A stretch of 62,501 nucleotides of DNA from an uncultured Candidatus Saccharibacteria bacterium (GCA_964612745.1 CAZTCH010000002.1:99548-162048), one strand, 5' to 3'. Counted from the stretch's first letter, positions 29,315-39,343 are shown. Notes: generated by a model not told the origin, from the letters alone. Translations and numbers: made by a program.

Positions 29315-30481
29315 CTATTCTCGAGCGGGGGTGTAGTCTTTGAATTCTTCCAACATACGGTCAAAGTAGTCGTTCTCCAGTGCGGTACGAATTTTCTCCA
29401 TAAAGGTAAGGTAAAAGCGAAGGTTGTGCATAGTTGCCAAGCGCTCACCTAGAGGCTCTCCTGTCTGGAACAGGTGTCGCACATAAGCACGAGTATGGTG
29501 CAAGCATGCATAGCAGCTACACGAGCTATCTATAGGTACAAAATCTTCTTTATGCTTTTCTAAACGAATATCTATGGTCTGGTACCCCTCTGCACCACTT
29601 TCACTACGTGCGGAAATATACAAACGTCCGTGACGTGCTTCACGAGTTGGGATAACGCAATCAAAAGTATCACACCCTCGTGCAACTCCTTGAATAATAT
29701 CAAAAGGCGTACCCACGCCAAGCAAATGCTTTGGACTATTTTCTGGCAAAAATGGTATAGAAAAATCTATTGCCCGCATCATTTCTACATGTGGTTCCCC
29801 CACTGCCACACCACCAATAGCAAAACCAGGAAAGCCCAGCTCGGCCATTTCTTGTGCGGACTGTTTGCGCAAGTCTTCAAAATTCGCCCCTTGCACAATA
29901 CCCCACAATTTTTGCCCAGGGTTTACTGGGTCACCATCGGTAATAATTTTTTTGTACTCAGCCAAAGCACGTTCGGCCCAACGTCGTGTAAGCGCAATAG
30001 ACTCACGACTTCGTTCGTAGTCAAACGGGTACCCAGGAAAATCATCCAAAATCAAAGCCACATCACTTCCTAAGTTCGCTTGAATGTCTACTGACTTTTC
30101 TGGGCTTAACACTTCGTGTTTGCCATCCATGTCGAACTGAAACATGACTCCAACTTCCATAACCTTTCGCATCTTGGCCAGTGAATACACTTGGAACCCA
30201 CCCGAGTCAGTAAAGATTGGGCCTTTCCAATTCATAAAGCCATGCAAGCCACCTGCTTTGTACACCAAGCCGTCCCCAGGGCGCTGCCACAAGTGATAGG
30301 TGTTTGCCAGAACCATGGACGCACCCCAGAACTTGAGTTCTTCACTGGTTACTGTTTTTACCGTGCCACGAGTTCCTATTGGTAAAAATTGTGGTGTTTG
30401 TACATCGCCATGCGCAGTATGAATAACCCCGAGACGTGCTCTGGTCGTTTCATCTTTTTTGAGTATTTCAAAATAGTCCAT
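29315..30481 (-). CDS. tgt: Queuine tRNA-ribosyltransferase
   Basis: Tgt-like over its full length (FTDSGGFQV, Zn site CSCYAC...H). Confidence 0.95.
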   Translation of the reverse strand: MDYFEILKKDETTRARLGVIHTAHGDVQTPQFLPIGTRGTVKTVTSEELKFWGASMVLANTYHLWQRPGDGLVYKAGGLHGFMNWKGPIFTDSGGFQVYSLAKMRKVMEVGVMFQFDMDGKHEVLSPEKSVDIQANLGSDVALILDDFPGYPFDYERSRESIALTRRWAERALAEYKKIITDGDPVNPGQKLWGIVQGANFEDLRKQSAQEMAELGFPGFAIGGVAVGEPHVEMMRAIDFSIPFLPENSPKHLLGVGTPFDIIQGVARGCDTFDCVIPTREARHGRLYISARSESGAEGYQTIDIRLEKHKEDFVPIDSSCSCYACLHHTRAYVRHLFQTGEPLGERLATMHNLRFYLTFMEKIRTALENDYFDRMLEEFKDYTPARE

Positions 30482-30531
30482 ATACGCATAAAGAGTGGGT
30501 ACTGGAAAACTCCAGCACCCACACGTTACTA

Positions 30532-32796
30532 CTATTTCCCACCAAAGCGTCGTGCCCCATTTGGGCGACCACCGCTTGGACGATCCCCTCGTCCGCTTGG
30601 TCTTGAGTCAAACCCTCGCCCACCACGGTCAGACTGCGCTGCTGCCAGTTGTTCTGGCGTTGGCGCTGGCGCAAATGGTTTGTGCGTTAAGTTAACCCTA
30701 CCTTGGTCATCTATTTCACTCACTTGTACTTTAAGCACATCGCCCACTTTTACCACATCTTCTACTCTGTTCACGCGGTAATTTGCAAGCTGAGAAATGT
30801 GCACCAAGCCTTCTTTACCAGGAAGCACTTCTACAAACGCACCGAAGTCCATAAGTCTGGTAACGGTACCGTCGTACACTTCACCAGCTTCAATTTCTTT
30901 TACTATATTCTGAATCCACTGTACTGCTTTTTCTGCAGCTGCTGCATCGGTAGAAACAACCATTACTTGTCCGCTATCTTCTATATCTATCTTTACACCT
31001 GTCGCAGCAATGATTGCGTTAATCACCTTACCACCAGTACCAATTACTTCTCGAATCTTATCTGGTTTAATAAAGAAGCTGGTAATACGTGGAGCATATT
31101 GGGAAAGTTCGGCACGAGGTGTAGGAAGCACTTCTTTCATCTTCCCAATAATAAACATGCGTCCAGGTTTTGCCTGCAAGATAGCTTTCGCCAAAATCTC
31201 TGGGGTTAACCCTTTCACTTTAATGTCCATTTGCATGGCGCTCACACCTTTTTCGTTTCCGGTTACTTTAAAGTCCATGTGACCGTTAAAGTCTTCTATA
31301 CCAGCAATGTCAGTCAGAACTTTAAAGTTGCTTGGGTTAGATTCGTCCATGACCAAACCCATAGCCACACCACCAATCACATCTGCAATTGGCACACCAG
31401 CATCCATAAGGGCAAGACTAGACCCGCAGGTAGATGCCATGGAAGTGGAACCGTTGGAAGCAATAGCTTCACTCACCAAACGCATGGTATATGGAAAATC
31501 TTCTTGCTTTGGCAAAACGCCAGAAGCTTCGATTGCTTTTTCTGCTAAAGCACCGTGACCAATTTCGCGTCTCCCCGGACCACGCAAAGGAGAGACTTCA
31601 CCCACGCTATACCCTGGCATATTGTAGTGGTGAATGTAACGCTTTGCAGTACCATCAACTGGATCTTCTATACCGTCCAAAATTTGTTCGTCGCTCTTAC
31701 TTCCCAAGGTCACCACAGATAACACCTGAGTTTCTCCACGGGTAAATAGTGCGGAACCGTGCGTACGAGGGAGCACACCAACTTCACAAGTTATTTCACG
31801 AGTTTCATCGAGACGTCGTCCGTCTACCCGTCTTTCGTGTTCCAAAATCTGCTTTTGCTGGTACTTCTTGAGAACTTTATCTATACATTCATTTACTTCA
31901 CGCTCCAGATTGGCTACACCTTCCACGCCATCTGGAAAAGTGGCTTTCACTTCTGTGAGTACTTCGGCAATGAGTGCGTTAATGCGCGTCTCACGTTCTT
32001 CTTTACTTTGGACGTAGACTGCATGTTCAATACGCTCGGATGTCAAAAGCTCTTTCACTTTGCCCATGACTTGTTCGTTTGGCAGCATGTATAGACCAGT
32101 TCTGGCTGGTTTGCCTACCTGTGCCTTAAAGTCATGCTGTACTTTTGTGAGCACTTTCAAATACTGCTGGGCAAAATCTATCCCACCAATAATGTCTTCT
32201 TCAGAAACAAGCGCAGCGCCTGCTTCTATCATCATCACATATTCACCGGTACCAGATACCACCAACTCCATAGAGCTTAATGCACGCTGCTCGTGTGTAG
32301 GGTTAATCACATATGCGCCATCTACTTTCCCTACGCGCACTGCAGCGACTGGACCATCGAAAGGAATACCAGACAACATCAAAGCCATACTTGCAGCGGT
32401 TACTGCGAGCATGTCTGGGTCATTTTTACCGTCGACGCTCAGCACGGTGACTACCACCTGCACGTCGTTACGCATCCCATCTGGGAACAATGGGCGGAGT
32501 GTTCGGTCAATAACACGTCCAGTTAAAATAGCATCGTCGGTCGCTCTGCCTTCGCGCTTTATCCAACGGCTCCCTTTAATCTTTCCGGCGGCGTATAGTC
32601 TTTCTTCGTAATCCACTAAGAGTGGAAAATAATTCATGCCTTCACGAGCCTTATTGCTCATGACTGCGGTTGCGAGCACCACTGTTTCGCCTTGTTGAGC
32701 CAAAACCGCAGCGTCTGCTTGGCGCGCCATGCGACCAGTTTCGAAACTGATCGGCTGACTCCCCACATCACACTGTATTACTTTTTTATCTAACAT
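30532..32796 (-). CDS. pnp: Polyribonucleotide nucleotidyltransferase (PNPase)
   Basis: Two RNase PH domains plus KH and S1 domains. Extra RG-rich C-terminal tail. Confidence 0.95.
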   Translation of the reverse strand: MLDKKVIQCDVGSQPISFETGRMARQADAAVLAQQGETVVLATAVMSNKAREGMNYFPLLVDYEERLYAAGKIKGSRWIKREGRATDDAILTGRVIDRTLRPLFPDGMRNDVQVVVTVLSVDGKNDPDMLAVTAASMALMLSGIPFDGPVAAVRVGKVDGAYVINPTHEQRALSSMELVVSGTGEYVMMIEAGAALVSEEDIIGGIDFAQQYLKVLTKVQHDFKAQVGKPARTGLYMLPNEQVMGKVKELLTSERIEHAVYVQSKEERETRINALIAEVLTEVKATFPDGVEGVANLEREVNECIDKVLKKYQQKQILEHERRVDGRRLDETREITCEVGVLPRTHGSALFTRGETQVLSVVTLGSKSDEQILDGIEDPVDGTAKRYIHHYNMPGYSVGEVSPLRGPGRREIGHGALAEKAIEASGVLPKQEDFPYTMRLVSEAIASNGSTSMASTCGSSLALMDAGVPIADVIGGVAMGLVMDESNPSNFKVLTDIAGIEDFNGHMDFKVTGNEKGVSAMQMDIKVKGLTPEILAKAILQAKPGRMFIIGKMKEVLPTPRAELSQYAPRITSFFIKPDKIREVIGTGGKVINAIIAATGVKIDIEDSGQVMVVSTDAAAAEKAVQWIQNIVKEIEAGEVYDGTVTRLMDFGAFVEVLPGKEGLVHISQLANYRVNRVEDVVKVGDVLKVQVSEIDDQGRVNLTHKPFAPAPTPEQLAAAQSDRGGRGFDSRPSGRGDRPSGGRPNGARRFGGK

Positions 32797-32934
32797 ACCT
32801 TAAATACTTTCCTGCGGGAGTGCTGTATAAGTAGACGACGACTAAACGTTAGTCTTCGCGTTATTTATACACCACTCACCACATTTACTTTATAAATACA
32901 CACTGCTGCGTATGCACACAAGTGAGACGCCCAC

Positions 32935-33333
32935 CTACGAGGACGCCTCACTTGTTGTGTGTTCTAAATTCGAAAAAAATTCTTCTGCATCTGGAGTGCT
33001 GCTGTACACAATGTGCTCTTCGTTCGTAAGCCTGCGCAAACCTTGGTTTGTGCTGGTCACCCCTTTATTGTCGTACCAATTACGCCAGCGCTCCTTAAAC
33101 TCTTCGAATTCCGGAGTCGCTTCTGCTCCATAGACCTCATGCATTACCGCAGCTTTCACTTTGTTGGCGATAGACACAAACTGACTTCGTTGTTCAAACG
33201 TCAGTGTGTGGGTTTCGGCAAAGCTTGCACGCATTTCCATTATTTCAGGATCTGCAGCAATTTGACTCACAATTTTCTTTGCAAGATCAAACCACTCTGC
33301 TTCAAATGCATTTGTTTTTGGATCAGAAGTCAT
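32935..33333 (-). CDS. Hypothetical protein between rpsO and pnp
   Basis: 132-aa ORF only. Confidence 0.45.
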   Translation of the reverse strand: MTSDPKTNAFEAEWFDLAKKIVSQIAADPEIMEMRASFAETHTLTFEQRSQFVSIANKVKAAVMHEVYGAEATPEFEEFKERWRNWYDNKGVTSTNQGLRRLTNEEHIVYSSTPDAEEFFSNLEHTTSEASS

Positions 33334-33357
33334 GCGGGTGTGTTTATACGCCTACTC

Positions 33358-33690
33358 TTATTCTACAACTGCTTCTGGCTCTGGCTCAGATTTTGCAGCT
33401 GCTTTCGTTGGCGCAGCAGTCATTACGACTTTAATTTTTAGTTTATCAACAATCTTTTCGAAACGCTTTGCGTCTTCTTGGCGCAAGTAACGAAGCAAAC
33501 GACGGCGGTTTCCTACCATCTTCAACAATCCACGACGAGAGTGGTTATCTTTCTTATGTACCTTTAAGTGCTCGCTCACTTGCTCAATTTCTTTGGTCAA
33601 AATAGCAATTTGCACTTCTGGGCTCCCTGTGTCGTCTTTGTGGGTGCGGAACTTCTTAATTAACGCATCTTTCTCTTGTTTGCTAAGCAT
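33358..33690 (-). CDS. rpsO: 30S ribosomal protein S15 (with ~22-aa C-terminal extension)
   Basis: [12 protein letters not shown]...[28 protein letters not shown] at 33690. Confidence 0.9.
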   Translation of the reverse strand: MLSKQEKDALIKKFRTHKDDTGSPEVQIAILTKEIEQVSEHLKVHKKDNHSRRGLLKMVGNRRRLLRYLRQEDAKRFEKIVDKLKIKVVMTAAPTKAAAKSEPEPEAVVE

Positions 33691-33924
33691 AGAATGTCCT
33701 TTCTGCACGAAATTGGCTGCTTTAGGTCCAACCCGTGGTTTAAATAAATCTTAGGCACATTATACCAATTTATTGCTCTTTTTGGCAAATCCTACATAGC
33801 TAAGAGCAATTGGCTTATACCAGTTGGGGAAATCAGAGGAAAGTAGCAACCCGTAATTAGTGTCATTGCGAGGAGCGACGCCTTGGGAGCGACAAAGCAA
33901 TCTCAAACATTCAGAAAGAAGACA

Positions 33925-34130
33925 GAGGGCAAAGAAAAACTAGGAACTCAAAAGTCAAAATGCAAAACTGCAACTCTGAACTCAAAACTGAATTGCATTG
34001 TAGTTTACAGTTTTGACCTGAATTTTTGACTTTTGGGTTTTGACTTTTGAGTTAAAAATGTATTTATTTGGATTTTGCATATTGGAATTTATTTGATATT
34101 TCGTGCTTGTGATTTGGAATTTTACCCTTG
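33925..34130. repeat. Degenerate heptamer arrays forming an imperfect long palindrome
   Basis: TCAAAAG TCAAAAT GCAAAAC TGCAACT... opposed by ...TTTTGAC TTTTGGG TTTTGAC TTTTGAG, followed by TTGGAAT TTATTTG ATATTTC GTGCTTG TGATTTG GAATTTT. Confidence 0.75.
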
Positions 34131-34228
34131 CTACCCCCTGCCCTTCGGCCGTGAGCTCAGGCTCGAACGACAACCTAGCTCCTAGCTCCTAGCTCCTAAC
34201 TCCTCCTTTCCTACGCTATACTATATAT

Positions 34229-35218
34229 ATGAGCCCTACCCCGCGTGTTGAATCACCTCTCGCCAGATACGTCCGAGACTTTCTTGAGTACTGCGAAATA
34301 GAGAAAAATAAAAGCCGCAAGACCACAGAGAACTACGAACATTACCTTGGTCGTTTTTTATCCTTCGCAAAAACTGAAGCAGTCACCACCCCAGAAGATA
34401 TCAACTCCAATCTCGTAAAAAAATATCGCCTCCACTTAAACCGCCTAGTCGACGACAGGGGTAAAAATTTAAAAGTTATTACGCAAAGTTTTCACGTTAT
34501 AGCCCTCCGAGCTTTTCTAAAGTACTTGGCCAAACAAGACGTCACCACAATGGCTCCAGAAAAAATAGAGCTGGCGAAAAACCCCAGCCGCGAGGTACAC
34601 GCACTCGACACAGATGAACTAGACCGAATTCTGAAAGCTACAGAGCAAGAGGAAGACGATCTCATTCGCCTCCGCGACATCGCAATTCTTCACACGCTCT
34701 TTTCTTCTGGTGTGCGTATTTCCGAGCTTGTACAGCTCACAGAAAAAACAGTAAACTTGGACCGTGCAGAGTTTACCGTTCGTGGCAAAGGTGACAAGCT
34801 CAGGCTGGTATTCTTGTCTCCCGAAGCAACTACTGCGCTCAAGGCATACCTCGCCAAACGCACTGACAACCACCCTGCGTTGTTTATCGCTCATACAAAA
34901 ATCGGGCAAAGTGTCACTGCCCAAATGAACGCTCAAGGGAAAGTAAAAGTTATTAGCCAGCACGAAGCAGTGGGGTTATCTGCCCGCTCGGTGCAACGGA
35001 TAATTCACAAGTACGCTATGCTTGCAGGTGTTACTAAAAAAGTTACCCCGCACACATTCAGACACAGCTTTGCTACAGACCTGTTACGAAATGGCGCCGA
35101 TATCCGTTCAGTGCAAACCATGCTGGGTCACGCGAGCATTACCACAACACAAATCTACACCCATGTGACGAACGAAGGCTTGCGAGAGATTCACAAGAAA
35201 TTCCACGATAAAAAATAG
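34229..35218 (+). CDS. Tyrosine recombinase XerC/XerD family
   Basis: SAM-like N-terminal domain. Catalytic region HTFRHSFATDLLRNGADIRSVQTMLGHASITTTQIYTHV. Confidence 0.85.
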   Translation: MSPTPRVESPLARYVRDFLEYCEIEKNKSRKTTENYEHYLGRFLSFAKTEAVTTPEDINSNLVKKYRLHLNRLVDDRGKNLKVITQSFHVIALRAFLKYLAKQDVTTMAPEKIELAKNPSREVHALDTDELDRILKATEQEEDDLIRLRDIAILHTLFSSGVRISELVQLTEKTVNLDRAEFTVRGKGDKLRLVFLSPEATTALKAYLAKRTDNHPALFIAHTKIGQSVTAQMNAQGKVKVISQHEAVGLSARSVQRIIHKYAMLAGVTKKVTPHTFRHSFATDLLRNGADIRSVQTMLGHASITTTQIYTHVTNEGLREIHKKFHDKK

Positions 35219-35224
35219 GCAGTA

Positions 35225-35265
35225 AAAAAGGGTAACCCTTTCGCAACGAAAGGGTTACCCTTTTT
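35225..35265. repeat. REP hairpin (also a likely xer terminator), 3' side of RAYT-2
   Basis: AAAAAGGGTAACCCTTTCG-CAA-CGAAAGGGTTACCCTTTTT, a 19-bp stem. Confidence 0.85.
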
Positions 35266-35274
35266 ACATGCGCT

Positions 35275-35874
35275 CTAGCCCCAAAATGGAACCTTGCCCA
35301 CATCTTTCTTCCTCCAACCTTCTACGAAGAATTTATATTTTTCTACACTGTTAGAAAACTGAGACATGATGAGTGCTGGTTTGCACAAACGGCTTTTACG
35401 CGAGCCGAGATAGTCTTGATAACTTGAGTATACATACGTATCCGGATTGGCAGGATTATTATGAATGTATGCAGACAGCGTAAGTAGGTATGGGTCATCG
35501 GTCACGTCCTTTGCCTTAAACGTATCTTGCCACAACGGACCCAATCGATTGTACTTTCTATTAAAATACATGGCGTAACTTGTGCATAATTTATGCAAAA
35601 GCTCACTTGTTGGAACATCGCCTAATTGCTGAATTTGCAGATGAAAATGATTTGGCATCAGACAATAACCGAGCACATCAAAATCACTTGGTAAAAATGC
35701 GTGCAAGCTAAGATTCGAATAACTTGGTTTTGGTAAACCTATTAATATCCCTAATCGAAGTAGAAAAGCTACATAATCACTTGCCTCCAAAAAAATATTC
35801 TCTTTATTCACTCCGCGATTATAAGCATGGTGGATACCTCCAGGATAAAACTGCTTGTTATCTCTATATCTCAT
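35275..35874 (-). mobile_element. REP-associated tyrosine transposase (RAYT, IS200-like Y1 family), copy 2
   Basis: HHAYNRGVNKENIF, CLMPNHFHLQI (HUH), YIHNNP. Paralogous to copy 1 and flanked by the same hairpin on both sides. Confidence 0.8.
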
Positions 35875-35895
35875 ACGTATTTAAATTAAAAACGA

Positions 35896-35935
35896 AAAGG
35901 GTAACCCTTTCACAGCGAAAGGGTTACCCTTTTTT
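35896..35935. repeat. REP hairpin, 5' side of RAYT-2 (overlaps photolyase stop)
   Basis: AAAAGGGTAACCCTTTC-ACAGC-GAAAGGGTTACCCTTTT. Confidence 0.85.
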
Positions 35936-37324
35936 ATAGGTATCTATATATTTTTGTACATCAAACTTAGTCTTTGCGCCACCGTAAGACATGTAACGAA
36001 TCTTTCCAAAAATAGGTTTCGTAAACCACGCCCTGTCATGCACTCCGCCAATGCTCCACGCAATGCCGACATATCCATTCGGGTCTCTGCCATCAAGCGA
36101 GTACCTGTCGTTCAAATATATTGCAACGCGCATAGCTGCAGAAACGGTCTTCGTCCACTCTAAAATCTTTTTAGCCCAATACATGCGCATATACCCATGC
36201 ATTTTCCCAGTCTGTACGAGTTGTAATTGCGCGGCGTTCCATAACTCATCGTGCGTCGCGCCCTGCTCAAATTGCGCCCGTGTGTAAACATGTTCGCGCG
36301 CATCTCCCGCATGCTCCTGCATATTTTTTTTCGCCCACTCAGGAAAGCCAGCTGGTGTATCGTAGTGAGCGTTGTAAAAGCAAAAATTATCAGACAACTC
36401 GCGCCGCACCACCAGCTCTTCCACAAACGCCGCTACAGATGCACGCAAACCGAGTTCATCCGGATACTTCCGCAGCGCTGCTTCCAAAGACATACCCGTT
36501 GCTTCTAACACTTCACGTACCACAGTCGCTGCCGAAATGTGACCAAAGTGCAGATAAGGCGACAAGCCTGACTGCGCATCTTTAGTTGGGTCATTGCGGT
36601 CACTCGCGTATGTCTCGAGCCTTTGTGCAATAAATGTTTTCAAGTGCTGTCGGGCAGCCTTCTCCCCTGCACGCGCCCAATCCACAGCCGGTACCGAAGT
36701 GTCCAAAGTTAAGCGTGCACGTACTTTTTTCCAATCCACTGGAGCGGTAGCTACTAACATATCTTTGTGCTGTGCCCGCAATGGAGGTACACTTTCCTCC
36801 AAAAACTTTGGCAATACACGATGCAATTTCGGTCGTAACGTATATGCACCAAACTCCTGCTTCTGACTTGCGCACCACACAGGCACAATATTGTGCGCAT
36901 CTACTTCATGCACAGGAACACTCACCTTTTCTAGAATAGCTTCTTCCCAAGAACGGAACACACGAAGTGGGTTCTGCTCAAGAACCAATGCAGATGCGTC
37001 CACCTTGTGCACAAACTGTGGTATTTCTTCCTCTGGACTACCGACAAGAAAATGAAATCCAATATGGTGTAGTCGCAGCACGGCTTCTACCTCCAATAAC
37101 CCCGCAAGCATAAAATCAACTACACGCTCTGTTCCGTGAAGGAATTTTGGGCGCAAACAAAATACAACACAGACCGCTACACCAAGCCGGCGTGCTTCTG
37201 CAATGGCATGTGCTAGTGCCCAGTTGTCATGTGCACGCTGGTCACGACTCATCCAGTACACAACCGGGCCAGCACTATCCCCAACTTCTACGGTATTCAG
37301 TTGTCGTACACGTTCGGCAAGCAT
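35924..37324 (-). CDS. Deoxyribodipyrimidine photolyase, class II-like
   Basis: 466 aa. Photolyase/FAD-binding features (SPYLHFGHIS, WAKKILEW, DPNGY). Confidence 0.8.
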   Translation of the reverse strand: MLAERVRQLNTVEVGDSAGPVVYWMSRDQRAHDNWALAHAIAEARRLGVAVCVVFCLRPKFLHGTERVVDFMLAGLLEVEAVLRLHHIGFHFLVGSPEEEIPQFVHKVDASALVLEQNPLRVFRSWEEAILEKVSVPVHEVDAHNIVPVWCASQKQEFGAYTLRPKLHRVLPKFLEESVPPLRAQHKDMLVATAPVDWKKVRARLTLDTSVPAVDWARAGEKAARQHLKTFIAQRLETYASDRNDPTKDAQSGLSPYLHFGHISAATVVREVLEATGMSLEAALRKYPDELGLRASVAAFVEELVVRRELSDNFCFYNAHYDTPAGFPEWAKKNMQEHAGDAREHVYTRAQFEQGATHDELWNAAQLQLVQTGKMHGYMRMYWAKKILEWTKTVSAAMRVAIYLNDRYSLDGRDPNGYVGIAWSIGGVHDRAWFTKPIFGKIRYMSYGGAKTKFDVQKYIDTYKKG

Positions 37325-37344
37325 AGAAAATGTTTTTCCTTACT

Positions 37345-37968
37345 CTACTTTTTTTTAAAAAAACTAACTAAAGCAGCTCGACTTTTTGCATCTTTTAACA
37401 CATGGTAAATCCCTGGACTCACCGAAAGTAAAATAATCAGCAGTATTCCTGGGATAATATACAGTTCAATATTTGGTACCACTTGACCCAACCAGTACCC
37501 AAGCAATGTTAAGCCTACTGACCACAAGAGTGCGCCAACAAGACTAAACAATAAAAATTTTGCATAGCGCATATGTGCCAAACCAGACGCCACCGGACTA
37601 AAGGTACGTACCACGGGAACAAATCGCGCAATAATTACCGCCTTACCTCCATGTCGCTCATAGAACGCGTGGCTCCTCTGCAAGTGGTCTGGGTTAAACA
37701 GGAGTGATTTTGGTCTCGTAAATAATTTTGGCCCGACATGTCGCCCAATAAAATAGCCAGTATTGTCACCAAGCAAAGTCACCACAAATAAACCGAGGCA
37801 TAACCAAACAATACTCAAATACCCTTGGGAAGCTAATATCCCCGCTGTGAAAAGCAAACTATCCCCAGGCAAAAAGAAACCCACAAAAAGACCTGTTTCT
37901 GCAAACACAATAGCAAAGATTCCTGCATAGCCTGCAGTATGGACTAACTTTGGAACATCTATAAACAT
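37345..37968 (-). CDS. DedA-family membrane protein
   Basis: FLPGDSLLFTAGILA and the RFVPVVRTF motif. Confidence 0.85.
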   Translation of the reverse strand: MFIDVPKLVHTAGYAGIFAIVFAETGLFVGFFLPGDSLLFTAGILASQGYLSIVWLCLGLFVVTLLGDNTGYFIGRHVGPKLFTRPKSLLFNPDHLQRSHAFYERHGGKAVIIARFVPVVRTFSPVASGLAHMRYAKFLLFSLVGALLWSVGLTLLGYWLGQVVPNIELYIIPGILLIILLSVSPGIYHVLKDAKSRAALVSFFKKK

Positions 37969-37999
37969 ACGGTAGTATCAAACCAACTCAATGTGCGAC

Positions 38000-38614
38000 T
38001 CATTTCCGCTTAAGTATATCAAACACCTTCTGCATATCTTCCTGCTCCACCACTCGAAGCGAAGAGTTGTACAGTGCCGCTGCAGGATGATACAACGGCA
38101 TGACCGTAAACTCTCCCCACGCTGCCTGCACGTGAATCGGCACTCCATGCAAACCAGAAATTGTCTGCCCAGCTTCCGGCGCTCCAAATTGACTTAAGAT
38201 GTACTGCAAAGAAAATCGACCAAGAGTCGCCACCACTGTAGGTCGTATCACTTCAAGTTGCTGCAACAGAAACGGACCATAGAGGGCAATTTCTTCTGGC
38301 AGTGGATCACGATTCTGTGGTGGTCTATCTTTTACAAGGTTAGCAATATAGACATCTTCACGAGATACACCCACCCCTTCCAATAAACCGGTGAGTACTT
38401 TTCCTGCAGCGCCAACGAAAGGTCGCCCCGATTTCGCTTCCTTCTCCCCTGGTGCTTCACCCACAAATACCACTTGCGCGGTATGACTCCCTTCACCAAG
38501 CACAGGGAGGTATCCGTTTGATACTCGGTATTCGTACAAAGGCGAAGCAGTCAAAGTAAGTACTGCATCACGAATGTTTTTTAGCCTTTCTGTTGTGGTA
38601 AGCTCCGAACTCAT
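38000..38614 (-). CDS. Uracil-DNA glycosylase, family 4
   Basis: GEAPGEKEAKSGRPFVGAAG (motif A) and LYHPAAAL (motif B). ATG at 38614 overlaps the GT2 gene end. Confidence 0.85.
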   Translation of the reverse strand: MSSELTTTERLKNIRDAVLTLTASPLYEYRVSNGYLPVLGEGSHTAQVVFVGEAPGEKEAKSGRPFVGAAGKVLTGLLEGVGVSREDVYIANLVKDRPPQNRDPLPEEIALYGPFLLQQLEVIRPTVVATLGRFSLQYILSQFGAPEAGQTISGLHGVPIHVQAAWGEFTVMPLYHPAAALYNSSLRVVEQEDMQKVFDILKRK

Positions 38615-39305
38615 AGTGGATAAGATTTGCTGCACGAAAAGCGCCAACAGCAAAAAATAAACTTAATACAAAATATACAACCGTCATCTTCACTACCCCA
38701 TAGGTACGAAATCGTCTATCGGACACTCGCACGGGTACATGCAACATACCAAATCGATACCGCCACGATAAATGCCGTATCAGCTCAATATCATCAAAAG
38801 TGACCGCAGTGGAAAATCCTCTACTATTCCAAAAAACTGACCGCCGCACCACAATACAGCTCCCCGCGCCGCTTGCCAGTATTTTTTGTAGTACATAAAA
38901 CAAAGCATTGAACAGTATGTACACCGCATGAATAGGTACTGTTGACCGATGTGGGACGTACCAAGGGCACGCCACATCGAGTCGCCTTCGTTCGAATTCG
39001 CGCACTACTCGCTCAACAAATTTTGGCCCGATGCGAGTGTCTGCGTCTAAAAAAATAAGCACGTCACCCACCGCCATATAGCCACCCATATTTCTTTGCT
39101 TTGCCACATGCGGGCCATGGTTCACTACTCGAACACCACCAAATCCTGCAGCCAACGACGCAGTGCCGTCTGGAGAAAACCCATCAACGACAACTACCTC
39201 AAGCGGCTTACAAGTCTGAGCCCTTAAATCACTAAGAAGATCCGCTATATTCGGAGCTTCATTCAAAGTGGGTATTATAACGGAAACAGTTGGGGTAACT
39301 TCCAT
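38568..39305 (-). CDS. Family 2 glycosyltransferase with C-terminal TM segments
   Basis: VSVIIPTLNE, VVDGFSPDGT, FLDADT (DxD). Confidence 0.8.
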   Translation of the reverse strand: MEVTPTVSVIIPTLNEAPNIADLLSDLRAQTCKPLEVVVVDGFSPDGTASLAAGFGGVRVVNHGPHVAKQRNMGGYMAVGDVLIFLDADTRIGPKFVERVVREFERRRLDVACPWYVPHRSTVPIHAVYILFNALFYVLQKILASGAGSCIVVRRSVFWNSRGFSTAVTFDDIELIRHLSWRYRFGMLHVPVRVSDRRFRTYGVVKMTVVYFVLSLFFAVGAFRAANLIHYEFGAYHNRKAKKHS

Positions 39306-39343
39306 AGTGTAAGTGTATCATTTAAAACTGGTATACTACCATT

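Noticed and set aside
29242-29448. 68-aa minus-strand ORF
   Set aside because: It overlaps the tgt 3' end and the T-box leader hairpin, with no coding signal.
33982-34173. 63-aa minus-strand ORF
   Set aside because: It lies entirely within heptamer arrays and the shared CCCTTCGGCCGTGAGCTCAGG module. Its composition is driven by the repeats.
34229-35218. Xer-like tyrosine recombinase as the dedicated invertase for the flipped-core elements at 48.5/50.0 kb
   Set aside because: It lies 13 kb away and has canonical XerC/D features. Nothing in the sequence links it to the 21-bp repeats. A RAYT or hairpin-mediated mechanism is at least as likely.
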